A program made the translations under genes and the position numbers. The notes beneath the pieces are model-generated. The model saw only the letters and a program-made list of their open reading frames with translations. It ran no database searches and was not told the DNA's origin. From Rhizobium sp. Q54 (lineage in GTDB: Bacteria; Bacteroidota; Bacteroidia; Chitinophagales; Chitinophagaceae), in NCBI GenBank assembly GCA_943368735.1, contig CALRLQ020000012.1, forward strand, positions 22,440 to 86,439: a stretch of DNA of 64,000 nt, written 5' to 3'. Below are positions 42,454 to 52,259 of the stretch, in pieces. Position 1 is the first letter of the stretch. Each line of letters opens with the position of its first letter.

Positions 42454-43428
42454 TCAGTCTTGAATATGTATTGGGTTGCTTGCATTTTGAGGATATTGGT
42501 TCAACATCTTTTTCATTAACATAAACAATTCAGGAAAATGCGTTTGTAAATCGGTTGGGCGTTCAAAAAACAGTTCTACACTCTCGGCCCAAAACTCTTG
42601 TAATTCTTTAAATGCATAACTACTAAATAAAGTGTTTAAGTGTTTTTGGTTGTACACTTCTTGACCTTCATCCATAATTTTATGAAAGAAATAATCAAAA
42701 CTATCTTCAGGTGTATTGTTAACAATAATTTCTTGATAATAAAGTGCATGTGCCATTTCGTGTAATCCAACATTACTTCCACTTGTGTAGTCTTCGTATC
42801 CTTCTAATAAATGATTGAAGGCAACTGTAATACTATTGCTGGTAACATCGCCTGCTAATACTCTAAAACTATTGGCTGCGTAATATTCTTGTGGATGAAT
42901 TTGTAAATATTTGAAATAAGGTAATAAATAATTATCTAAGCCAAATGTTATTTGTATGGCAGCGGCACTTAATAGAATGGGCATTTCTTTATATCCTTCT
43001 TTTGCATGAATGATAAAGATTTTTTTTGCCATGAAAGATTTTAGTCGTTCAACAAAAGTGTTTTTTAAAAGTGGATTCAACTGTTTGTAGTAAGGATGAT
43101 ACTTATTTAGAATTGTATCTAACTCTTGAGTTGAGAAAGCTAAATTTTTACCACTATATACTAAATAATTGGGTTGAACTGCTGTTGTTGTAGTTTGATA
43201 AATTGCATTATTAAACAACCCTTTTTTACGTAAAAATTGTTTGATACGATTTTTAAAAATGCTATTGGCAGCAATAAAAAGTATAAATGCAAAAATGATG
43301 AAAGAATCTATATAATTATTGTCTTCTTCTTGTGTTTTATATACAACAGGTACATCAATTAAACCATGAGTTAAATCTCTTTCATCAAACGTATCATATT
43401 TGTTCTCAAAATAAAATGTATCGGGCAT
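42454..43428 (-). CDS. Membrane-anchored zinc metallopeptidase, MtfA/M90-like
   Basis: One TM helix (FIIFAFILFIAANSIF), GLHEMAHALYY (HExxH) and EFWAESVELFFERP (the third-ligand region, as in MtfA). Start set at ATG 43428 (the track start is a TTG). Confidence 0.72.
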   Translation of the reverse strand: MPDTFYFENKYDTFDERDLTHGLIDVPVVYKTQEEDNNYIDSFIIFAFILFIAANSIFKNRIKQFLRKKGLFNNAIYQTTTTAVQPNYLVYSGKNLAFSTQELDTILNKYHPYYKQLNPLLKNTFVERLKSFMAKKIFIIHAKEGYKEMPILLSAAAIQITFGLDNYLLPYFKYLQIHPQEYYAANSFRVLAGDVTSNSITVAFNHLLEGYEDYTSGSNVGLHEMAHALYYQEIIVNNTPEDSFDYFFHKIMDEGQEVYNQKHLNTLFSSYAFKELQEFWAESVELFFERPTDLQTHFPELFMLMKKMLNQYPQNASNPIHIQD

Positions 43429-43485
43429 TGGTATATAATGAAATGCTAATATAGAGTTTGTTTTACTAAACAACAATTCATTACA

Positions 43486-44583
43486 TCAATCTGCAATTCT
43501 AAAGCTAGTTTTAGGTATATGTTCCAAGCTTTTTCTTAACTCTTGTTTCAATTGCAGTTTTACAATTTGCCCCATGGTAGTTGCTTTTAAAAATGAGGGT
43601 TGTTGATAATGTTCAGCCAATTCGTTACTCAACTGTAGCACTTTCTCTGGTTTAGAAATTTCTTCTTCCATCATAATATCTGACAATTCTTTAATTCTAT
43701 ATCTTGCAGATGCTAATCGAAAAGCCATTAAAGTTCTTTCTTCTGCCTGATATTGTGCTATTGGTTCTTTATTTAAATGATTTGCTACAATTTGTACAAA
43801 AGCATTATTTTCTTTAAAGAATTGCGGCAAGTATAAGTTTTTCCTTCCTTCATAGCATTGTTGATCAAAATCAATTGCCCTGAATCTGTATTGATAATTC
43901 AACACATCGGGAGTAATATTTACAATAAAATTATAACTCCTCATATCGCCTAATAATTGAGCAAAACAACGTGTATTAAACTTCACAAATTCTTTAGCTA
44001 GACGTATTTGATTGGTTTCAGGTTTATGTAAATAATCTTTAATAAAAATATCTCCTGGTATACCTGGAATATGTTCTTCAACTAAAGTGTTGTTATTTGT
44101 AAAATAGGTAATTCTATTGGGCGATAAAAGGTGCTCTAATTCTAATCCAAAAACTCTACTTGTATCGGCTCGTTTAATATAATAATGGTCATAATTGTCA
44201 TTAAACTTATTAATAATTCGTATTCTAAATGGTTGGCTATTGCCAAAATAACAAAAGTCAATAGCGGCAACTTCTAAATTTTGGATGTATTCTAAATCGC
44301 CTTTGGTTTTTAAAATAGCATAATTTTTAATCAAGTTTTCCTTGAGTAATTGCCATTCGTACATATCGTATGAAACTCTTTCCCAAGAAGAATCTTTTAA
44401 ACCATCTTTACTTTTTATGGGTGTTGTATAAATAAAGCGTTGTAAATCTTCGTAAGCAGCTGGCAAATCAACTTCTCTACCATATTTTCTAAGGTATTTA
44501 CGCAAATGTGGTGTTACAGGAAAAATGGGTTTTTTCTTGCTAGGTCTATCTGTGTGTATATTTTCTGCACTTTCGTTAATCAT
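43486..44583 (-). CDS. Hypothetical protein with a possible protein/lipid-kinase-like catalytic signature
   Basis: 365 aa, ATG start 5 nt after the upstream stop. I recognise no family. It carries YYIKR...GLELEHLL...VEEHIPG...LLGDMRSYNFIV...AIDFDQ (see finding). Confidence 0.6.
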   Translation of the reverse strand: MINESAENIHTDRPSKKKPIFPVTPHLRKYLRKYGREVDLPAAYEDLQRFIYTTPIKSKDGLKDSSWERVSYDMYEWQLLKENLIKNYAILKTKGDLEYIQNLEVAAIDFCYFGNSQPFRIRIINKFNDNYDHYYIKRADTSRVFGLELEHLLSPNRITYFTNNNTLVEEHIPGIPGDIFIKDYLHKPETNQIRLAKEFVKFNTRCFAQLLGDMRSYNFIVNITPDVLNYQYRFRAIDFDQQCYEGRKNLYLPQFFKENNAFVQIVANHLNKEPIAQYQAEERTLMAFRLASARYRIKELSDIMMEEEISKPEKVLQLSNELAEHYQQPSFLKATTMGQIVKLQLKQELRKSLEHIPKTSFRIAD

Positions 44584-44588
44584 ACTAT

Positions 44589-45860
44589 TTATTCTAAAAG
44601 TAAAGTATCATCATCATCTAAAATATTCAAATTTACTGCATCGGCACCTGCAATCCCTTCAATTGAGCCTCTAATGTGTGCAGCATTAAGTAAAACTTTT
44701 TCTAGTTGCTTTTCTCTTGCTTTCCAAAGTTTTTCCATGGCATCTCTTTCTTTTTGTATAGAGAGTCTCATGCTCATAAATCCTTCACGTATAGCTTTCC
44801 ATTGTTCACTAAATTCATTGCCAATTAGGTAATCGTATAACATTACCATTTTATCTCCTTTGTTTTCTTGACTTTTTCTTGCATCAAAAACTTTCAATAA
44901 TCCATTGCGTAGCAATAAAACTACACTACGTACTTCGGTAAATGTACAAATGTAAACACCCTCTTTTTCGCCAAAACGTTCCATGTCTTTAGGTAAGGCT
45001 TGGGTAACAATTACAGCAACATCGGTACCTAAATTTCGCATGTCGGTTTTTAATTTTTCAATCCAATCGTTGGTAAAATCTTTGGTACGTTTACTCTCAA
45101 AAATAATTTTACCTACTTCGGTACCAAATTGGTTTCGTACAGTTTGAATACAATCGGCACCACGTACACCTTTGCCTACTGGTTCAACTTTATCAAACGG
45201 AAAAGTAGATTGTAATAATTCTTCTAATAACAATTCTTGTACTTCACCTTGTAATTGCATAGAGCCTTGCTCGGCCTTACGTTTCATTTCATCTACCAAC
45301 TTTTTTTGGTCTTCTATTTGCTTTTCTAGCTCTCTTGTTTTTAATTGAAATTCTTGTTCTTTCAACTGTAATTTATCGCTTTCTTCTTTTTGTAATTGTT
45401 CTTTTAGTTTTTCTCTTTCTTGCATTAATTGGCGTTGCAAAGTCAGTTGCATTTCGGCTTCTTTCTCTTTTAATGCTTGTTCTTTTTGTAAGAATTCTAA
45501 TTCTTTTTGACGAGCCAATTTCAACTTTTGTTCTTTCTCTGCATCGGCTTCTTGCAGCATTTTTAGTTGATTTTCAAAATCGGCAGAAATGGTTTTACGT
45601 AAGCTTTCTTGAAGTTCTTGTTGTAGTTTTTGTTTTTCGGCAGCAATTCTTTGGTTCAACTCTTCTTCTTTGCCTTGGAGTTGTTTTTGAAAAACTAGTT
45701 CGGCTTTTTTGAGTTCTTCTTCTTTCGATTTTTTAAATTCAAGCATTTGATGCCTTAGTTCATTCTTTTCTTTTTCAATATTCTCTTTCAGCTCATCGTT
45801 CAGTGCTTCTTCTAATGGAAATTCAAAATTGCAACTTGGACATTTTATATTAGTAGCCAT
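44589..45860 (-). CDS. DUF2130-like protein: Zn-knuckle, long coiled coil, PD-(D/E)xK-like C-terminal domain
   Basis: MATNIKCPSCNFEF, then about 200 aa of E/K/Q-rich heptad sequence, then GADCIQTV...KIIFESKRTKDF (D...ExK). Confidence 0.72.
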   Translation of the reverse strand: MATNIKCPSCNFEFPLEEALNDELKENIEKEKNELRHQMLEFKKSKEEELKKAELVFQKQLQGKEEELNQRIAAEKQKLQQELQESLRKTISADFENQLKMLQEADAEKEQKLKLARQKELEFLQKEQALKEKEAEMQLTLQRQLMQEREKLKEQLQKEESDKLQLKEQEFQLKTRELEKQIEDQKKLVDEMKRKAEQGSMQLQGEVQELLLEELLQSTFPFDKVEPVGKGVRGADCIQTVRNQFGTEVGKIIFESKRTKDFTNDWIEKLKTDMRNLGTDVAVIVTQALPKDMERFGEKEGVYICTFTEVRSVVLLLRNGLLKVFDARKSQENKGDKMVMLYDYLIGNEFSEQWKAIREGFMSMRLSIQKERDAMEKLWKAREKQLEKVLLNAAHIRGSIEGIAGADAVNLNILDDDDTLLLE

Positions 45861-46020
45861 TAATGTTTATTTTCTACAAAGTAATGGTAAAGGTTTAATT
45901 TTTAAAACTGTTTTGATTGGAACTCGAATTAAAACGATTAAACAAATTACACCAACTACATGAATGCAACTAATTGAAGGTTTAGTTTCATCAACTCAAC
46001 TTATCCCGTTTAAAACTGTT

Positions 46021-46028
46021 TAAATTTG
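46021..46028 (+). promoter_or_regulatory. -7 box candidate (TAnnTTTG) for mutS2
   Basis: TAAATTTG, 47 nt upstream of the ATG at 46076. Confidence 0.35.
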
Positions 46029-46075
46029 CAGCTCGTAACGAATAAAATGAAGTTGTTGCGAAAAGTAATTAAGAG

Positions 46076-48193
46076 ATGATAAAACTGTACCCCGAATCGG
46101 CTTTAACTCAACTAGAATTCGATAAAATTAAATTGCTTTTAGTAGAGCATTGTAAAACAGTATATGCTAAAGCAAAAGCTGAAAATTTACGCATTCATAC
46201 TCGTAAAGATTATATTGATATTGAATTAAGACAAACCTACGAATACAAATTATTGTTGTTGCAAGCACAATACTTTCCCAACGATTTTTCTTTAAACCTT
46301 TCTAAAGAAATTAAACTACTTGGCATCCCAGGTGCAACTTTGAAAGAAGAAGAACTAATGGACGTAAAGCGTTTGGCAGAAAATATGAGCAATATTTTTC
46401 GTTGGTTTGATGCCGAACGAAGAATGGCTTACAATTCTTTAGCTCAAGTAATTGAACATAGCTATTACGAAAAAGCCATTCAAGAAATTATTGAAGTTGT
46501 TTTAGATGAGCATGGCACTGTAAAAGACAATGCTAGTGCCGATTTGCAAAAGATTAGGATGAACTTATACAAAAAAAGGAATGAGTTAAGACGAACTTTT
46601 GAAAAGGTATTACAAAAATTAGCTAAAGCAGGTTATTCGGCTGATATTGATGAAAGCTTTAGCAGTGGAAGAAGAGTAGTGGCAGTTTTTACTGAACATA
46701 AACGCCAAGTAAAAGGCATTTTACATGGCGAAAGTGATAGCCGTAAAACAGCATTTATAGAACCCGAGGAAACGATAGAATTAAACAATGAAGTATATTC
46801 ATTAGAAGGAGAGGAGCGTAGAGAAATTTTACGCATTTTAAAAGAGCTTACTGCAAAACTTAGTGTTTATGCACCTTTACTTACTACTTATTTGCAAATG
46901 GTAGGTGAATTTGATTTTATAAAAGCCAAAGCAAAATTGGCCATTGATGTAAATGGTGAGTTGCCCAATGTGGTGGATAAAGCTCATATTGATTTAAAAG
47001 ATGCCTATCATCCATTACTTTTTTTGTACAATAAAAACAGCAATAAAAAAACGATACCTGTAAGTTTAAAGTTAGACGATAAAAGTAGAATCTTAGTAAT
47101 TAGTGGTCCAAATGCAGGCGGTAAAACAGTTACTATGAAAACCATTGGGCTTAACCAACTGATGTTACAAAGTGGTTTATTGGTGCCTGTTCATCCAACC
47201 TCTTCAATGGGAATTTTTAAACAATTATTTATTCATATTGGCGATACTCAAAGTATTGAGTTTGAGTTAAGTACTTACTCAAGTCATTTAATGCACATGA
47301 AGCATTTTATTGAAGTAGCCAATGGTAAAACCATGTTTTTTATTGATGAATTAGGTAGTGGTAGTGATCCTAATTTAGGTGGTGCATTTGCAGAAGTAAT
47401 TATGGAAGAATTATGCCGAAGACATGCTATGGGTATTGTTACAACCCATTACTTAAACTTAAAAGTAATGGCCAATCATACCCAAGGCATTATAAATGGT
47501 GCAATGGCATTTGATGAAAAAAATTTAATGCCTATGTATCAATTAACTGTTGGTAAGCCTGGCAGTAGTTACACTTTTGCCATTGCCGAAAGAATTGGCT
47601 TGCCTCAACACTTAATTAACAGAGCTAGAAAATTAGTTGACGATGAACACTTTCAGCTAGACAAACTATTAAACAACACCGAAAAAACCTTACAAATTGT
47701 TGATAAAGAAAAGAAAGATTTACAACGTTTATTAAAAGAAAATGAACGTTTAAAAAAAGAAATGGAAGTTGTTTTAGATAAAGAAAGACATATACAACAA
47801 GTGGAGATATTGCGACAGCAGAACAAAATTTCTGAAGATAGAATTGCTTACCTAAAAGACATGGAACGTAAGCTGAGACAAATTGTGTTAGACTGGAAAA
47901 AATCAGATAATAAGCAAGAAGTAATTAAGCATTTACAGGATTTACTATTTAATAAAAAAGAACAAATTGTAGTAAATAAACTAGCTAAAAAAGTAGATAA
48001 TAAGTTTAAAGAAATAGCCCTACCTATAGAAGTTGGTTGTTTGGTGAAGTTGAAAAAAAACTATCAAGTGGGCGAAGTAAAAGAAATAAGAGGTAAAAGA
48101 GCTATTGTACAAATAGGAGCAATTCCAATGAATGTAGAATTAGCCGATTTGGTTGTTGTTGAGAAGCTAATTACTGAAGACGCTAAAAAATGA
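46076..48193 (+). CDS. mutS2: MutS2-family ATPase (no Smr domain visible)
   Basis: ISGPNAGGKT (Walker A), FIDELGSGSDP (Walker B region) and TTHY. The C-terminus is a coiled coil plus a KOW-like end (VGEVKEIRGKRAIVQIG), with no HGxG Smr block. Confidence 0.85.
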   Translation: MIKLYPESALTQLEFDKIKLLLVEHCKTVYAKAKAENLRIHTRKDYIDIELRQTYEYKLLLLQAQYFPNDFSLNLSKEIKLLGIPGATLKEEELMDVKRLAENMSNIFRWFDAERRMAYNSLAQVIEHSYYEKAIQEIIEVVLDEHGTVKDNASADLQKIRMNLYKKRNELRRTFEKVLQKLAKAGYSADIDESFSSGRRVVAVFTEHKRQVKGILHGESDSRKTAFIEPEETIELNNEVYSLEGEERREILRILKELTAKLSVYAPLLTTYLQMVGEFDFIKAKAKLAIDVNGELPNVVDKAHIDLKDAYHPLLFLYNKNSNKKTIPVSLKLDDKSRILVISGPNAGGKTVTMKTIGLNQLMLQSGLLVPVHPTSSMGIFKQLFIHIGDTQSIEFELSTYSSHLMHMKHFIEVANGKTMFFIDELGSGSDPNLGGAFAEVIMEELCRRHAMGIVTTHYLNLKVMANHTQGIINGAMAFDEKNLMPMYQLTVGKPGSSYTFAIAERIGLPQHLINRARKLVDDEHFQLDKLLNNTEKTLQIVDKEKKDLQRLLKENERLKKEMEVVLDKERHIQQVEILRQQNKISEDRIAYLKDMERKLRQIVLDWKKSDNKQEVIKHLQDLLFNKKEQIVVNKLAKKVDNKFKEIALPIEVGCLVKLKKNYQVGEVKEIRGKRAIVQIGAIPMNVELADLVVVEKLITEDAKK

Positions 48194-48277
48194 TGCATTT
48201 AAACAACTTAAGTACCGATATTTACGTTTAAGGTTCATTCATTCCATTTTCCTCTATTTAAATCTTTTGTTTCTTAT

Positions 48278-50911
48278 ATGAATAATAATGATTTTCAGAC
48301 TACTTTTTCTGCTGAAAGTATATTAGAGGCATTCATGGCCGGTACACATGATTCTTTTATAGTGATTGATAACCACTTTACAGTTGTTTCTTTCAATAAA
48401 AATTATGAGCAATTTCATGCTCAATATTTTGCTCAAAAAATAGAAGTTGGTAGTAATTACATTAACTTGTTAAAAGAAACGATATTAAAAGATTTTTATC
48501 AAGGATTAAAAAGGTTTACTGCAAATTATCAGGTTCAAAAATTTTCTTGTAGTCTTAAAAATGGAAGTGAAAATTATTGGTTCGATTTTGAATTGCATCC
48601 ACTCAAAAATAGTGAAGGAAACTGCGTTGGTATAGGAGTTGGCATTTTTGATTCAACTAGTAAGCATCAATCTATACATCAGCTTAAAAAAAGTGAAGAG
48701 TTATTTAAAGCTTTAGTAGTAAACTCTACCGATGCTTTTCAACTTACCAATGAAGAATTGAAAGTTGAGTATGTTTCCGATTCGGTTATTAATGTAATTG
48801 GATACACCAAAGAGGAGTTAGAAGGTACTCATTTTTTTAACCTGATTCACCCCGATGATGCAGTAACAATTTCTACTTGGTTACATTGGTTAATGCATCA
48901 TCCTGGTATAGTAAAATCGGTTGAGGTACGCATAAAAAATAAATTAGGCAATTGGATATTTATTGAAATCAATGGGAACAATATGTTGCAGGTTGATAAA
49001 ATTGGAGCTATAGTGATGAACTATAGAGATATTCAAGCCAAAAAAGTTGCCGATAATGCTTTGGCTTTAGCCGAACAAAGAATGGGTTTGTTGCTTAACA
49101 ATACCAAAGAATCTTTTATTATTGTAAATAGCAGATTAAGAGTGGTTACTTACAATAGAGCAGCACAAGAACATTCTCCATTTTTCTTTAGTCAAGAGTT
49201 ACAATCGGGTATTTCATTACTCGATTTAATAAGAGAAGGCGATATTGAAGACATTATTTACACATTTGAACAAGTGTTTGATGGTGTTGAAACTGAACGT
49301 GAAACAAGTTATACCGATGATCATGATGTTTTGCATGTATACAATCACAGTTTTAGACCATTGTTTAGTGAAGATGATATTGTAGGTGTATTTATCACTT
49401 CAACCAATGTAACAGAAAAAAAGATTGCTGAAAATAAACTAAAGTTTAGCGAAGAAAGAAATAGAACCATTATACGAGAATCGTTTGATGCAATGCTGAT
49501 TAAAGATTACAATAATTGTATTGTAGAAGCATCGCCAGCAGTTGAGAAAATTTTAGGGTATCATCCTAGTGAAATATTAGGACATGCATGTATTCAATTT
49601 GTACATGAAGACTATAAAAATAAAGTACAAAATATTATTGATGAAATTAAAAGCACACCTGAAGCAGAAGGTTGCATTGATGTGCCCATTCAGCACAAAG
49701 AAGGACATTATGTATGGATAGAAATGAAAGGCAAGAATATGTACCATAATAAACATATTCATGGCATGATAGTAATGATGAGAGATATTGAAGTACGTAA
49801 AAGAGCCGAAGATGAAGTATTACTTTCTGAACAACGTTTTAAAGGCTTGGTACAAAGTGGTGCCGATATGATTTCTATTATTGATGAAGAAGGTTATGTA
49901 AAATATTCTAGCCCTACAGTTGTTAATATTTTAGGCAATGATCCTGTTACCGATATTGGCAAAAATGTATTTGAATTCATTCATCCAAAAGATGCCGATT
50001 GGACAAAAGCCACTTTTAATGCTATGTTAAGAGATGGTACAAGGCAAATGTATTTTGGACCTTATCGTTTTCCGAATTCAAAAAAAGAATATCGTTGGTT
50101 AGAAACAGTGGTTACCAATTTGTACGATGACCCTGCTGTTCGTGGAATTGTAATTAATTCAAGAGATGTAACTGAAACCAAACGTTTAAATGAGGAGCAA
50201 CAGGCTTTAACAGAAGAGTTAATTAAAAACAACCAAGACTTACAGCAGTTTTCGTTTATTACATCTCATAATTTAAGAGCTCCAGTAGCTAATTTAATTA
50301 GTTTATTGCATTTATACGATAGAGAAAACCCTATTGAACCATTTAATAAAGTGTTGATTGAAAAGTTTGAAGAAGCTACCAATCAGCTAAATGAAACTTT
50401 GAACGATTTGTTAGAAGTGTTGGTATTAAAATCTAACACCAACATAAGTTTAGAAGTATTGAATTTAAGTGAAACGGTGAATCAAATTCAACGGAATATT
50501 GAAAGTTTAATCAAACATCAAAAGGCTGTAATTGAAACTAATTTTGAAACTGTAGATACAGTTATTTACAATAAATTGCATTTAGAAAGCATTTTTTTAA
50601 ACTTAATATCTAATGCCATAAAGTATCGTTCTCCCGATAGAGAACCCATTATTAAAATTACTACTTATACAGAAAAAAAATGGATTATAATTGAGTTTAA
50701 AGACAATGGAATAGGTATAGATTTAGCAAGATATCAAGATAGAATTTTTGGTTTATATCAACGTTTTCACACCGGAAAAGAAGGTAAAGGTTTAGGCTTA
50801 TATATGATAAAAGCTCAAGTGATGGCCATGGGTGGAAAAATAGAAGTTGAAAGTGAATTACACCAAAGTACTACCTTTAAAGTGTATTTGAAAAACAATG
50901 ACAAAGTTTAA
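48278..50911 (+). CDS. Multi-PAS sensor histidine kinase
   Basis: 877 aa with at least four PAS-like modules, FSFITSHNLRAPVANL (H-box), NLISNAIKY (N-box) and GKGLGLYMIKAQV (G2). Confidence 0.88.
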   Translation: MNNNDFQTTFSAESILEAFMAGTHDSFIVIDNHFTVVSFNKNYEQFHAQYFAQKIEVGSNYINLLKETILKDFYQGLKRFTANYQVQKFSCSLKNGSENYWFDFELHPLKNSEGNCVGIGVGIFDSTSKHQSIHQLKKSEELFKALVVNSTDAFQLTNEELKVEYVSDSVINVIGYTKEELEGTHFFNLIHPDDAVTISTWLHWLMHHPGIVKSVEVRIKNKLGNWIFIEINGNNMLQVDKIGAIVMNYRDIQAKKVADNALALAEQRMGLLLNNTKESFIIVNSRLRVVTYNRAAQEHSPFFFSQELQSGISLLDLIREGDIEDIIYTFEQVFDGVETERETSYTDDHDVLHVYNHSFRPLFSEDDIVGVFITSTNVTEKKIAENKLKFSEERNRTIIRESFDAMLIKDYNNCIVEASPAVEKILGYHPSEILGHACIQFVHEDYKNKVQNIIDEIKSTPEAEGCIDVPIQHKEGHYVWIEMKGKNMYHNKHIHGMIVMMRDIEVRKRAEDEVLLSEQRFKGLVQSGADMISIIDEEGYVKYSSPTVVNILGNDPVTDIGKNVFEFIHPKDADWTKATFNAMLRDGTRQMYFGPYRFPNSKKEYRWLETVVTNLYDDPAVRGIVINSRDVTETKRLNEEQQALTEELIKNNQDLQQFSFITSHNLRAPVANLISLLHLYDRENPIEPFNKVLIEKFEEATNQLNETLNDLLEVLVLKSNTNISLEVLNLSETVNQIQRNIESLIKHQKAVIETNFETVDTVIYNKLHLESIFLNLISNAIKYRSPDREPIIKITTYTEKKWIIIEFKDNGIGIDLARYQDRIFGLYQRFHTGKEGKGLGLYMIKAQVMAMGGKIEVESELHQSTTFKVYLKNNDKV

Positions 50912-51287
50912 TAAGGTTTTATTAATAGAAGACGACCCAATAACCATTTTGGTTTGCGATAGAATTTTGCAAATGAATCAATTTGGTGGTACTGTTATTA
51001 CCAAAACCAATGGTCAGGAAGCAATGCAATATTTAAAAGAATTAATTGCACAAAATGAGCCTATACCCGAAATTATTTTCTTAGATATTAATATGCCAGT
51101 AATGAATGGTTGGGATTTTTTAAATGAATTAACCAGTTTAAAAAATCAATTAACACATACCCCTAAAGTGTATATGCTTTCCTCAACTGTAGATCCAGAA
51201 GATACTAAGCGTTCAAAATATTATGATAACGTTGCAGGCTTTATTTCTAAGCCATTGAAAAAAGAACATTTAGATAGTATTGAATAG
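50898..51287 (+). CDS. Stand-alone receiver-domain response regulator
   Basis: VLLIEDDP, FLDINMPVMNG and the MLSST..SKP layout. It overlaps the kinase stop by 14 nt (ATGACAAAGTTTAA). Confidence 0.88.
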   Translation: MTKFNKVLLIEDDPITILVCDRILQMNQFGGTVITKTNGQEAMQYLKELIAQNEPIPEIIFLDINMPVMNGWDFLNELTSLKNQLTHTPKVYMLSSTVDPEDTKRSKYYDNVAGFISKPLKKEHLDSIE

Positions 51288-51301
51288 TTAGTGAATGATT
51301 A

Positions 51302-51679
51302 TTAATCGTCATAACCACTTTTAATTACCGATAATATCATTTTAAACTTTTCATTGGCCTGAAAACAATGCACCGAATGTGCTGGAATAATGATACCTGT
51401 ACCCAACGGTAAATGATGTTCTACTTTATTAATGTTTACTTGAGCTGTGCCATGAATAATTTGTACATAGATATCAAAAGGACTAATTTTTTCAGTTAAT
51501 TCTTCGCCTTCATAAAAAGACATAGCCGTAATATTACCAGTTGATTTTTTGATAATTGTTTTGCTCAAAACTGCATTGGGTATGTATTCAACAATTTCAA
51601 CAATGATGTGAGAAACTGATTTTTCTAACTCTAAAAAACTGTTATTAAAATTCGAATTAAGTCTATTTGTGTTTTCCAT
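51302..51679 (-). CDS. Cupin domain protein
   Basis: 125 aa with a two-motif cupin pattern (..HGTAQV.. / ..IIPAHSVHCF..). Confidence 0.65.
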   Translation of the reverse strand: MENTNRLNSNFNNSFLELEKSVSHIIVEIVEYIPNAVLSKTIIKKSTGNITAMSFYEGEELTEKISPFDIYVQIIHGTAQVNINKVEHHLPLGTGIIIPAHSVHCFQANEKFKMILSVIKSGYDD

Positions 51680-52259
51680 TTAAGCGTGTGTTAGTTTTAA
51701 AGGTAGTTGTTTTAAACCCAATTAAAATATAAAAATTATTTCAGCTGAGTATTTTCTTTTACTACTAATCGTTTTGACTAAATTTATTTCTAATACATTT
51801 TTTTTGATGATTGGGGCTTTCAACAATTGAATATCTATCATCAGTTGTTCTTGCTTTTCGTTGCAAGTTACCATTGCATGGTAAGCTTTCCACTTCAATC
51901 AAGCAGCCCATCAGCTTTGAACATAAATGTTACATTTTTCACGAAAGGAAATAAATAGATTCTCATATAGCCAACAACTCTTTTGAGTTCTAATTAATTC
52001 TTTCATTTAATTAAGTATTTCAAGTGTTTAATTATTAGATTCACTCACATTCAGAATTCAGAAAATCAGTATTTTTTTTCAAACTAGAGGGATATTTTAT
52101 TCAGACTTTAGTTGGGTGAGTTATTCAATAATGGCTTCATTTATCTTTATACTGTAACGATTGTGAATGCTTGATTTTATTTCTTTTAGTTGAATAAATG
52201 CTCACTTATTAAACATGATACACTCGTTATAGATTCAATTGATTTTTAAATTAAATTCT

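Noticed and set aside
44506-45712. Plus-strand ORFs 44506-44832 (108 aa) and 45335-45712 (125 aa).
   Set aside because: They are antisense to the E/K/Q-rich coiled-coil gene. The L/F/S-rich low-complexity translation is the complement of GAA/AAG-rich codons.
50898-50911. 14-nt overlap between the PAS kinase and the receiver gene.
   Set aside because: This is ordinary translational coupling of a cognate two-component pair and is not unusual.
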